Assembly (NCBI GenBank): GCA_022509125.1
Contig: JAFLTU010000004.1
Location: forward strand, 34,159-98,158
Direction of reading: 5' to 3'
From: Muribaculaceae bacterium
GTDB taxonomy: Bacteria > Bacteroidota > Bacteroidia > Bacteroidales > Muribaculaceae
Length of the DNA stretch: 64,000 nucleotides
Below the pieces are notes generated by a model. It had not been told where the DNA came from and did no database searches. It worked only from the letters and a program-made list of their open reading frames with translations. The position numbers and the translations under genes are program-made. This document shows positions 29,540-37,961 of the stretch, one piece after another (the stretch's first letter is position 1; the number at the start of each line of letters is the position of its first letter).

Positions 29540-31033
29540 TTATTGGGCTTTGGGTTTTCTTCCCCTTTTTTTGGGAGCATCTTCAGAGGCTTTAGCCGAA
29601 GTTTTTTTAGTTTCCTTTACGGCAGCTTTTTTAGGTTGTTTATTTTCATCCTTCGCTGCCTTCTTTGGACTCTCGATGTCGCCCTTTTCGGCAATTTCGA
29701 GCATATCCACCTGCGGAAGATCCTCTTCCTCAGCATTGAGGATATTGTTGCGCAAAGTCTTCACCTCCTTATTGAGCTCATTGATTTCCTGGCTCTGATT
29801 GCGGATTGTCAGAAGCAGGGAGTTCAATTCTTCATTGTCGATGTTTTCGGGATATTGCTCTTCCACTCTCACGAGAAAATCGGCCAACACATTCATATAG
29901 TTGGTGAATGCCGAGAAAGGAGAATCGTAGGGGCTGAAGGCTGCATGGCTTGCACCGTCTGCCTTGTTCTTGGTGCTCATATAATAGAAGTGGTCGCTGC
30001 TCTGGAGATATTTCCAATCTTGTTTGAGACGACGGTCTTGGCAGAGGCTTACACGTTCAGCCACTCCATAAAGCTTATTGAGGGCCTCGTTCTGCAATTC
30101 ATTGCCCTTCCAGGCCGATACGTCTCTTGCCTCGTCGATATCTGAAATCGGCGACGGTATAGACATCTCGCCTACAGGTTTGAGTTTTGCCACTACTTCC
30201 GAAGGCATAGCGAATTTCACACCCTTCTCTTTTCCGAACCTCGGGAGAGCCCGCATAAAGTCGAAAATACCGGTGTTTTTCGGAAGGAAGCCTCCGAAGG
30301 TATCCATGCTGAAGAATAGGTTGACTATCTGTTCCTCTGCAGGGAGCGCCTCAAGCCAGTCTACATATTTGTCGGCTGTCAAAGGATATTCCGGCCATGA
30401 CGGATTGTTGAAATTGCGTGTTATGTCCTCTTCAAGTTTACGGTTGGTGAAGAGAAGTTTGAGTTTCGGAGCTGTGGCTGCGGAGTAAACATAGTTGGGA
30501 GATTTCCAACCTAAGATATGTTTGGCACCCTCTGTTAGCACAGATTTAAAATCCATTGATGCAACCACGGCAGCAATGTCGTCGTCGTAGATCAACTCTG
30601 TGTTTGCAAACATTTTGGGTTTCACTCCGAATGTGCGGCGCAATAGGTCGGTATGTTCCTTCACCTCACGGATGAATTCTTCCACATCTTCCAGAGATGC
30701 GAGTCCATGTGCATAGGGCCCTCCAAGGAATTCAACGCAACCTGTGTCGGCCAGTTTCTTAAGAAGATCTATACATTCCGGCACATAAAGCTGCAATTGC
30801 TCCACAGCTGTGCCCGAAATGGATATGGCGCATTTGAATTCGCGGTTGCTCTCCTCTATCATCTTGAGGAGAGTCTCCATCATCGGTATATAGCTGGTTT
30901 CCGCCATCCGTGAGATGATCTCATCATTGGCGAAATCATCATAGTAGTAGTGGTCGTTACCGATATCGAAGAATCTGTAGCGTTTCAAACGGAAGGGTTG
31001 ATGGATATTGAAATATAGACAAACGGATTTCAT
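29540..31033 (-). CDS. GH57 alpha-amylase(-like) protein with coiled-coil and Lys/Ala-rich tail
   Basis: HQPFRL, ANTELIY, YLQSSDHFYYM. Confidence 0.85.
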   Translation of the reverse strand: MKSVCLYFNIHQPFRLKRYRFFDIGNDHYYYDDFANDEIISRMAETSYIPMMETLLKMIEESNREFKCAISISGTAVEQLQLYVPECIDLLKKLADTGCVEFLGGPYAHGLASLEDVEEFIREVKEHTDLLRRTFGVKPKMFANTELIYDDDIAAVVASMDFKSVLTEGAKHILGWKSPNYVYSAATAPKLKLLFTNRKLEEDITRNFNNPSWPEYPLTADKYVDWLEALPAEEQIVNLFFSMDTFGGFLPKNTGIFDFMRALPRFGKEKGVKFAMPSEVVAKLKPVGEMSIPSPISDIDEARDVSAWKGNELQNEALNKLYGVAERVSLCQDRRLKQDWKYLQSSDHFYYMSTKNKADGASHAAFSPYDSPFSAFTNYMNVLADFLVRVEEQYPENIDNEELNSLLLTIRNQSQEINELNKEVKTLRNNILNAEEEDLPQVDMLEIAEKGDIESPKKAAKDENKQPKKAAVKETKKTSAKASEDAPKKRGRKPKAQ

Positions 31034-31077
31034 ATTTGGTTAATGGTTTGAGGGTTTATGGTTGGTGGTTTGATGTT

Positions 31078-32343
31078 TCACTTCCTTTTTTCGATGACGT
31101 CTTCATAGATATCGATCACCTTTTTGCCGGCCTTCTCCCATGTGATTCCATGGATCTCTTCGATTCCCTTGTCTCGAAGGGTGTTGTAGAGAGCCTTATT
31201 GGTGATGATGGAATGGATGGCGTCGGCCATTGCGTCGATATCCCAGTAGTCGGTCTTGATCACATTGTCGAGGATTTCCGCGCAACCGCTCTGTTTCGAA
31301 ATAATCGAAGGAACGCCCATTTCCATAGCCTCAAGTGGAGAGATTCCGAAAGGTTCCGACACGGAGGGCATGATGTAAACATCACTGTCTCTTAACATTT
31401 CATAGACCTCCTTTCCCCGTTGGAACCCCGGGAAATGGAATCGATCGGCAATACCCCTTTTGGCAGCGAGTTTGATCATGTCGTCCATCATGTCGCCGCT
31501 CCCGGCCATCACAAACCTGACGTTTTTATTTTTCTGAAGCACTTTTGCAGCAGCTTCCACGAAATATTCGGGCCCTTTCTGCATTGTGATACGACCCAGG
31601 AAAGTCACAACCTTTTCGCCATGGGTGCGACGAGGAAGATCCAGCAATTCCTGATCCAGAGGTATAACGGCATTATGCACGGTGGTCACCTTCTCAGGTG
31701 GCATCCCATATTTTTCGATCACAGTTTTGCGTGTGAGGTTCGACACCGTTATGATATGGTCGGCATTCTCCATGCCGTCTTTCTCGATGGCAAAGACTGT
31801 CGGATTGACGTTGCCTCGGCTACGGTCGAAATCCGTGGCATGAACATGGATCACCAAGGGTTTCCCGGTCACATTCTTAGCGTGGATTCCTGCAGGATAA
31901 GTGAGCCAGTCGTGGGAATGGATGATATCGCAAGGCACGGTTCGCGCAATGACGCCGGCCACTATTGAATAATTATTGATTTCTTCGATTAGATTGTCGG
32001 GATAACGCCCGGAAAATTCGATACACCCAAGGTCGTTGAGATGCATATAATTGAAGTCGGCATAAATATGGTCGCGTAAGTCGAAATAGAGTTGCGGATC
32101 CATATATTTCCCGATTCGTGATTCCACATATTCACGCGTGACGTCTCTCCAGGCAATGGGGGTATTGCATGCCCCAATTATTGTGGCGAAATCTCTCTCC
32201 TCATCGCCCCAAGGTTTGGGGATCACGAAGGTGATGTCCATATTGCCGTTGGCATGCATGCCCTTGGTCAGTCCGTAGCTTGCCGTGCCAAGGCCGCCGA
32301 GGATGTGGGGAGGGAACTCCCAACCGAACATTAGAGCTTTCAT
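31078..32343 (-). CDS. GT4-family glycosyltransferase (glycogen synthase-like)
   Basis: GWEFPPHILGGLG, HSHDW, GRITMQKG, PSVSEPFGISPLEAM. Confidence 0.9.
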   Translation of the reverse strand: MKALMFGWEFPPHILGGLGTASYGLTKGMHANGNMDITFVIPKPWGDEERDFATIIGACNTPIAWRDVTREYVESRIGKYMDPQLYFDLRDHIYADFNYMHLNDLGCIEFSGRYPDNLIEEINNYSIVAGVIARTVPCDIIHSHDWLTYPAGIHAKNVTGKPLVIHVHATDFDRSRGNVNPTVFAIEKDGMENADHIITVSNLTRKTVIEKYGMPPEKVTTVHNAVIPLDQELLDLPRRTHGEKVVTFLGRITMQKGPEYFVEAAAKVLQKNKNVRFVMAGSGDMMDDMIKLAAKRGIADRFHFPGFQRGKEVYEMLRDSDVYIMPSVSEPFGISPLEAMEMGVPSIISKQSGCAEILDNVIKTDYWDIDAMADAIHSIITNKALYNTLRDKGIEEIHGITWEKAGKKVIDIYEDVIEKRK

Positions 32344-34310
32344 TTGGTTTCTTCGTCTAAGGTTTGTAGTTTGTTAAGTTCTTTCACATTCTTGAGCGTC
32401 CGAAGGATCTCGCCCACGTTTTTGGCTGTGCTGACTGCGCCGCGGCCGGTGTAAGGTGGATTGCCGTCATACATTTCCGACAACGAACCTATACAACCCT
32501 CCGTCATCTCGTCTTCATAGCCAATAAGCATTCTTTCGATAAAGCCAACTCCGCTAACTCCAAACACTTTGAAATATGCGTCGGCATAAAATCCGAATAG
32601 CCATGGACGAGCCGGCCCTTGATGCACTGTCAACTCTCTCTCAAGCGGGCCTCCGACATAGGTGGGTCGATAAGCGTAACTCTTGGGACTAAGGGAGCGA
32701 AGTCCTTTCGGGGTCAGAAGTTCACGGGTCACCAGGTCGAGCACTTTCTTTCTTTGCCGGCGATCGAGCGGAGAATATTCCATTCCAATTGCGATAGCAA
32801 GGTTGGGACGCACTTCAAGGTCGGTGTAGGTGCCGTTGACATAGTCGTAGAGATATCCGAAATCGTTGAGGAATGTGGCCACAAACGACTCCTTCACTTT
32901 GGCCGCCAGGTCTGTTATTTCTGAGAGGTATTCATCCATTCCGGGTTGGCCCTCATATAGCGAATTGAGGAAGAGCAGCGCGTTATACCATAGGGCATTG
33001 AATTCCAGGATATAGCCGGTGCGAGGGATAATTGGCTTTCCGTCGATGGAAGCCGACATCCAGGTCACCGGTTTGTCGCTGCCATCGGCTGAAACAAGCC
33101 CGTTGGGATTGAGCCATAAGCCGGCAACCTTTTCATTGCGGATCTTCTCTACAATCCATTTCACTGTCTCCCCATATTTCTCACGGCATGCAGTGATGCC
33201 AAAATTGCGTCGATATTGCTGGAGGGCCCATACAGTCCAAAGCGGGATATCGGGTAGGTCTATCTCTCCGATGGTCTTGTCTTTGATTCCTTCGTCGAGA
33301 TAATTGTGGAGTGCCTTCAGGAAAGTCTCCATTATAATTTCATAGTCTTCCTTGTGGTCGATGGCCAATGTGCACCCCGGAAGAGCCATAAGTTCATCGC
33401 GTGCCCTGACGTTATACCAGGGATAGCCTGCCATGATATACATTCCATCCGGCTTCTTGAGATAGAACTGCTTGGCCGAATTCTTCAGACAGTTGTAGAA
33501 GCTCGTGCGGCAGGTCCTGACTTTTAGTTCCTCTTCATAGGTTGCGGCGAAATCATCAGGGTTGGCCTCAAATGTGGAAGCCGAGAAGATGATGCTCTCC
33601 CCTTTCTTTATTGGCAGCTGGAAATACCCCGGCACCCAAAGATCTTCCTTATACGGGATGCCTCTTACCTTGTCTTTGTAATATTCTATTCCTTTATACC
33701 AATGACCGTCGTTGACCCATTCAGGCTCCTTTGAGAATTGCATGTAGAGGTTGGGATACCCGTCATATAGACACGTGGATATACCGTTTCTGATCGGCAA
33801 CACCTCCTTGTTGATAGCATTGTTTTCCATCACCAGATCATTGGCATTGCGGAAAGCCAGGAAGGGACGGAATTGAAGGGTTGTGTCGGAATGAGCCTCC
33901 ACCAGCGTGTATTTGATTAGGATACGGTTTTCATGAGAAATGAAAACTTTCTCCTTTGTGAGGATTACACCACCCACGCGATATGTGACTGTGGGCACTG
34001 ACTCGCAGTCAAACTGGCGGATGTATTTATGGCCGTTGGGCGAGAAAACTCCCTCTCCATATTGATGAAGGCCAAGGTTGAACGGGGCTCCATGTTGAAT
34101 CACTGTCTCGTCAAGGCTCGATAGCAAAACATGGGCTTTGTCGTCCATCTCCGGGATTGGTATGACAAGAAGCCCATGTTGTTTGCGCGTGTTGCAACCC
34201 ACTATCGTGGTGCAATGATATGCCCCTGATTTGTTGGTGCGAAGCATCTCTTTCGGCAGACTCTGCTCCAGGTTGATCATGAGGCTCTTGTCGAATTTCA
34301 GGTAACTCAT
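32340..34310 (-). CDS. Glycogen debranching enzyme (amylo-alpha-1,6-glucosidase, GH133)
   Basis: CNTRKQHGLL, AGYPW, TWM, RPN, LTPKGLRSLSP, SLSEMYDG; TATCTTTG promoter at 34343-34350 (-). Confidence 0.88.
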   Translation of the reverse strand: MSYLKFDKSLMINLEQSLPKEMLRTNKSGAYHCTTIVGCNTRKQHGLLVIPIPEMDDKAHVLLSSLDETVIQHGAPFNLGLHQYGEGVFSPNGHKYIRQFDCESVPTVTYRVGGVILTKEKVFISHENRILIKYTLVEAHSDTTLQFRPFLAFRNANDLVMENNAINKEVLPIRNGISTCLYDGYPNLYMQFSKEPEWVNDGHWYKGIEYYKDKVRGIPYKEDLWVPGYFQLPIKKGESIIFSASTFEANPDDFAATYEEELKVRTCRTSFYNCLKNSAKQFYLKKPDGMYIMAGYPWYNVRARDELMALPGCTLAIDHKEDYEIIMETFLKALHNYLDEGIKDKTIGEIDLPDIPLWTVWALQQYRRNFGITACREKYGETVKWIVEKIRNEKVAGLWLNPNGLVSADGSDKPVTWMSASIDGKPIIPRTGYILEFNALWYNALLFLNSLYEGQPGMDEYLSEITDLAAKVKESFVATFLNDFGYLYDYVNGTYTDLEVRPNLAIAIGMEYSPLDRRQRKKVLDLVTRELLTPKGLRSLSPKSYAYRPTYVGGPLERELTVHQGPARPWLFGFYADAYFKVFGVSGVGFIERMLIGYEDEMTEGCIGSLSEMYDGNPPYTGRGAVSTAKNVGEILRTLKNVKELNKLQTLDEETK

Positions 34311-34439
34311 ATATTGATTTTGGGTAATTGATTTTTAAATTTCAAAGATAATCCGTTTTTTTTATTGAGACAATAAAGAAACGGGGCTTATTTTATGTTT
34401 GACAACATTTTATTATAAAGAAGATTTTTCTTTTTTCTT

Positions 34440-35813
34440 TCAAGCCGGAACTTCGTTGCCAAGAGGGATTTCCCGGAGGGGTATTTTGTCTAGATCGGCA
34501 TAACATTTGCCAAACCATGAATCCAGAGTCTTGATTGTTTCGGAATATATCTCGTTGAAACGGGGAATGTAAGTGGAATTGCCTTCATTCTCTATTCTTT
34601 TAAAGATATTCCCCACGGTGAGTTCATCAGTGTCTAATGCCGGAGTGACACCCGTTTGGTCGTCTTCCTTCACCACAAGGTTGATGAGCCCGGCCTTACG
34701 GAGTTTGTCGCACAGACGGTTCACCATCCGGATGGGTAGATTGTAGCCCACGCTTATTTCCTGGGGAGATAAGGGAGGTTGCTCGGCATGAAACCGCTTC
34801 GCTATGATAGCCATGATGATCAGCATCACCTTTGTTTCAAGGCTGCGTGAAGGGAGCACTGAATTGTCAAGGAAATTGAATGCGAAGATATTTTGGAGAG
34901 AATAAGTCAATACGCATCCGAAAAGAAGGATCAGCCATGAGAGTTGAAGCCAGATAAGGAGCAACGGCAGAAAAGAAAAAGATCCATAGATGGCATTATA
35001 TTTTGAGACATAAAGCTGTCCGCTTAGAAAGAGCATCTGCAGAATCTGGAATATCACTGCACAAATCGCCCCCGAAGTAGCCGCATATTTAAATTTCACT
35101 TTGGTGTTGGGAATCATGCAGAAGGAAATCGAGAAAGCAAGAAACGCCAACACAAACGGGGAGGCCTCGAGGCCTACGTTGACCAGAGGGGTCAGAAATT
35201 TGAAATGGTCGTTGCCCTGTAGCGTTGTCGACATGAAGATGCTCAGTCCCGAGGAACAAATCATCATGATCGGCACCAAAAGGCAGATGGCGATATAGTC
35301 AGTCACTTTCTGCATGATCGAACGGTCTTTCTTTATATCCCAGATTTGATTGAAAGCCGTCTCAATATCCGAAAGCAAGGAAATCATCGTGTAGAGAAGG
35401 AAGATCAAGCCCACCCCCACAAAGACGCCCTGGGAGGCTTCGTTGAGATAGGAGTCTACAAATTTCAGGGCGAAGGAAATGAAATTTTTCTGAGCCGGAA
35501 AATTTAGAAAAAGTTGTTCCTCGAGAAGATTTTGGAATCCGAATCCTCTTCCTATTGCGAAAAGCATTGCGAAGGCCGGCACAATAGCGAGCACCGTTGA
35601 AAACGTCAGGGCCATCGATTTCGTCTGAAGGTCGCGGTCCATGAAAGAGCGGAAGGAAAGATTGATCACCTTTATAACCTTCACTTTGGTCTTGGTGCTC
35701 GTGTCGTCCCACACTCCCGAAGCCACATAATGTCCCCATGCAGAAAGCCTTTGGCCAAGACTCTTCTTTCCTTTTCCTTTATCCGTGTCTTTATCGGTGG
35801 TGGTGTCTGCCAT
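34440..35813 (-). CDS. YihY/BrkB-family membrane protein with C-terminal Rrf2-like HTH
   Basis: ALTFSTVLAIVP, IETAFNQIW, YNAIYGSF..LP..LIWLQLSW; start moved to ATG 35813 because the TAACTTTG promoter lies at 35859-35866. Confidence 0.85.
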   Translation of the reverse strand: MADTTTDKDTDKGKGKKSLGQRLSAWGHYVASGVWDDTSTKTKVKVIKVINLSFRSFMDRDLQTKSMALTFSTVLAIVPAFAMLFAIGRGFGFQNLLEEQLFLNFPAQKNFISFALKFVDSYLNEASQGVFVGVGLIFLLYTMISLLSDIETAFNQIWDIKKDRSIMQKVTDYIAICLLVPIMMICSSGLSIFMSTTLQGNDHFKFLTPLVNVGLEASPFVLAFLAFSISFCMIPNTKVKFKYAATSGAICAVIFQILQMLFLSGQLYVSKYNAIYGSFSFLPLLLIWLQLSWLILLFGCVLTYSLQNIFAFNFLDNSVLPSRSLETKVMLIIMAIIAKRFHAEQPPLSPQEISVGYNLPIRMVNRLCDKLRKAGLINLVVKEDDQTGVTPALDTDELTVGNIFKRIENEGNSTYIPRFNEIYSETIKTLDSWFGKCYADLDKIPLREIPLGNEVPA

Positions 35814-35927
35814 CTTTGCTCTTTGGTTCTCTATATTGAAATGTCTCAATATTAGTGGCAAAGTTAATAAAAAAACAGGAAGGACTAAAGCCACTAAATC
35901 GACCCTGAGTCCTTCCCGCTATATGAC

Positions 35928-36306
35928 AGCAGAAACGCTATAAGCCGGGTTATGTGCCGTGCTCTATTAGGAAGAGCCCGGTGTCTGTCATTTATCTTGA
36001 CATGTCAGTTGCCTGACAGTTCCAGCGGCCTACCCCCCGGCGGAGACGGGCCATCTCCTCGTGCCGGTATATTTGGCCTTGCAACACATCGGTGGTGCGT
36101 CCTCTATTGTCGCCAATAGAGCCGGTGGGCTCTTACCCCGCCTTTTCACCCTTACCCTCCGCCAGCCCCTTAGGGTTAGCGGGGGCGGTTGTTTTCTGTC
36201 ACCTTTAACCCCGACGTCGCCGCCGGCTTTCCGTTAGAAAGCATGCTGCCCTTTGTTGCCCGGACTTTCCTCCCCGCCTTTGCGGAGCGACAGACCGCGC
36301 TTCTGC
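35928..36306 (-). ncRNA. rnpB: RNase P RNA, bacterial class A
   Basis: Minus strand GAGGAAAGTCCGGGCA.., GGGTGAAAAGG, TAAGAGCCC, AGATAAATG and ACATAACCCGGCTTA; P1 ends GCAGAAGCG/GCGTTTCTGC; TAAATTTG promoter at 36322-36329. Confidence 0.95.
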
Positions 36307-36444
36307 CTTTTTTCTTTAAAGCAAATTTAAAATAAATCTTCTGAAAAGCAAAGTTTATAAAGGGTTTTCAACCTCCGAAACCACCTCCTCATTTATATGG
36401 ACATCGAAATTGAAATGTTAAAAATAATATTTTTTTTACCATAA

Positions 36445-36472
36445 GTGAACCAATTCAACTTTTGTGTCGTTA
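36445..36472 (+). promoter_or_regulatory. Candidate ECF-type promoter for the PepSY-like gene
   Basis: GTGAAC-N17-CGTTA. Confidence 0.4.
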
Positions 36473-36559
36473 TAATTTCGTAAACAGAGGATAACAACCT
36501 CAAAAAACAACGCAAACAACAACTTAATCAAATAATTAACAAACAAAAATTTTAAGGTT

Positions 36560-37039
36560 ATGAAAAAATTGTTCAAAGTTTTAGGCCTCGCCTTAGTTCT
36601 CATTCTCGGAGTTTCAGCAGCAAGAGCAGAAAGAGTTCCAATGCCGGTTGATAAGATGCCCGCACAAGTCCAAACTTTCCTCAACGACTACTATCCCGGA
36701 GCAGCTGTTGCCAAATCATGGGCAAAAATGATGCGCCCCACAACAGAACCCATGTGGTATCGCGTTAACCTCGACAACGGTACAAAACTTTGGTTTGATC
36801 TCACAGGCAACTGGTATCAGGTAGATGCAAAGAAATCCTCTGTTCCCGCCTCTATCGATCTTCTTCCCAACGACGCTCGCAAGACTATCACCGACCAATT
36901 CCCCGGTGCAACCGTTAAGAGCATCAAGTTTAAGAAAGACCAGTATAAGATCACTCTTTCCGACGGCCAGAAACTCAAATTTGAAAAAGGCTACGGTCTA
37001 AAGGTTAAGAAAGCAAAGAACGACAAAGCTTGCAAATAA
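36560..37039 (+). CDS. PepSY-like / BLIP-like (DUF2874) periplasmic protein
   Basis: Signal peptide; two repeats of P.....F....YPGA......Y.V.L.NG..L.FD..G. Confidence 0.8.
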   Translation: MKKLFKVLGLALVLILGVSAARAERVPMPVDKMPAQVQTFLNDYYPGAAVAKSWAKMMRPTTEPMWYRVNLDNGTKLWFDLTGNWYQVDAKKSSVPASIDLLPNDARKTITDQFPGATVKSIKFKKDQYKITLSDGQKLKFEKGYGLKVKKAKNDKACK

Positions 37040-37059
37040 ACTATACGATGCAACAATAG

Positions 37060-37087
37060 AAAAAGGATCCTTAGGGATCCTTTTTTT
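37060..37087. terminator. Bidirectional intrinsic terminator
   Basis: AAAAAGGATCC-ttag-GGATCCTTTTTTT. Confidence 0.8.
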
Positions 37088-37107
37088 ATGATGGATTAGA
37101 GGGGACA

Positions 37108-37770
37108 CTATCTTTCCCCTTTCGGGAGCTTCATGACATGGTCTACTGAATTGCGCCCCTCATAGATGCTCTCGTAATAGACTTTGAGCATCACTGTGTC
37201 TTGAAGATAATTGATGGCGCCCACTTCAACGCTTATAATCTTCAGGCCGGTGCGTTGTTGGAGATCTTCCATCAACTCTGCTCTTTTATGTGGTTGGATG
37301 TTGTCGACGCGGTCGTAGAGGATCAGTTTCGAAGAAACATGCCTCAAGCCTTTGAAACTTTCTACAATCCACACAGAGCCCACATAGATGATGTTGGTGG
37401 CAAAAATCTCTGCATAGCTTAGATTGAGGGCTATAGCGTTGATTACGGAAAGCGAGATGATTATAAAGAGATAGGTCATCTCTCTGACAGGCACCGTCTC
37501 CGTTCGATATCTTATTATGCCGAATATGGCAAAGAGGCCTAACGCCATTCCTACCTTTATCTTCACGCTGCCGAGCAGGAAAATCAAGAAGAAAATGCTG
37601 ATGCTGATGAGGATGAAGGTGAAATAATAGTCGAGTCGGCGGCTCTTCCTGTAATAGAAAAATTGAATCAGAATGAACACGAAGAAAGAATTGAGCACGA
37701 ATCTGAAAATCATCAAGCTCATGCTGGGGACATCAATCAGAGGGATATCCAGAAATTCAAAATCATCCAT
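37108..37770 (-). CDS. DUF4956-family membrane protein
   Basis: GMALGLFAIFGIIRYRT..VPVREMTYLF; start placed at ATG 37770; TAATTTTG promoter at 37845-37852 (-). Confidence 0.82.
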   Translation of the reverse strand: MDDFEFLDIPLIDVPSMSLMIFRFVLNSFFVFILIQFFYYRKSRRLDYYFTFILISISIFFLIFLLGSVKIKVGMALGLFAIFGIIRYRTETVPVREMTYLFIIISLSVINAIALNLSYAEIFATNIIYVGSVWIVESFKGLRHVSSKLILYDRVDNIQPHKRAELMEDLQQRTGLKIISVEVGAINYLQDTVMLKVYYESIYEGRNSVDHVMKLPKGER

Positions 37771-37908
37771 AATTTTATTTATAAGGGGCGGCAAAGAGGA
37801 ATATCAATTTAACTAAGCCCAAAAGGGTTAATCGCCTCTATTGGCAAAATTAACAATATTTCTGCAAATTACACTTATCCCTATTCCGCTACAATTTCTG
37901 CCTACAAG

Positions 37909-37940
37909 AAAAGGATAAAACCGTAAAGCTTTATCCTTTC
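37909..37940 (-). terminator. Intrinsic terminator after the C10 peptidase
   Basis: AAAGGATAAAGC..GGTTTTATCCTTTT on minus strand. Confidence 0.6.
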
Positions 37941-37961
37941 CCTAAATTTTTATCTGGAAGG

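Noticed and set aside
35895-36310. GC-rich, hairpin-rich non-coding island as novel ncRNA or MITE
   Set aside because: Fully explained by class A RNase P RNA conserved motifs
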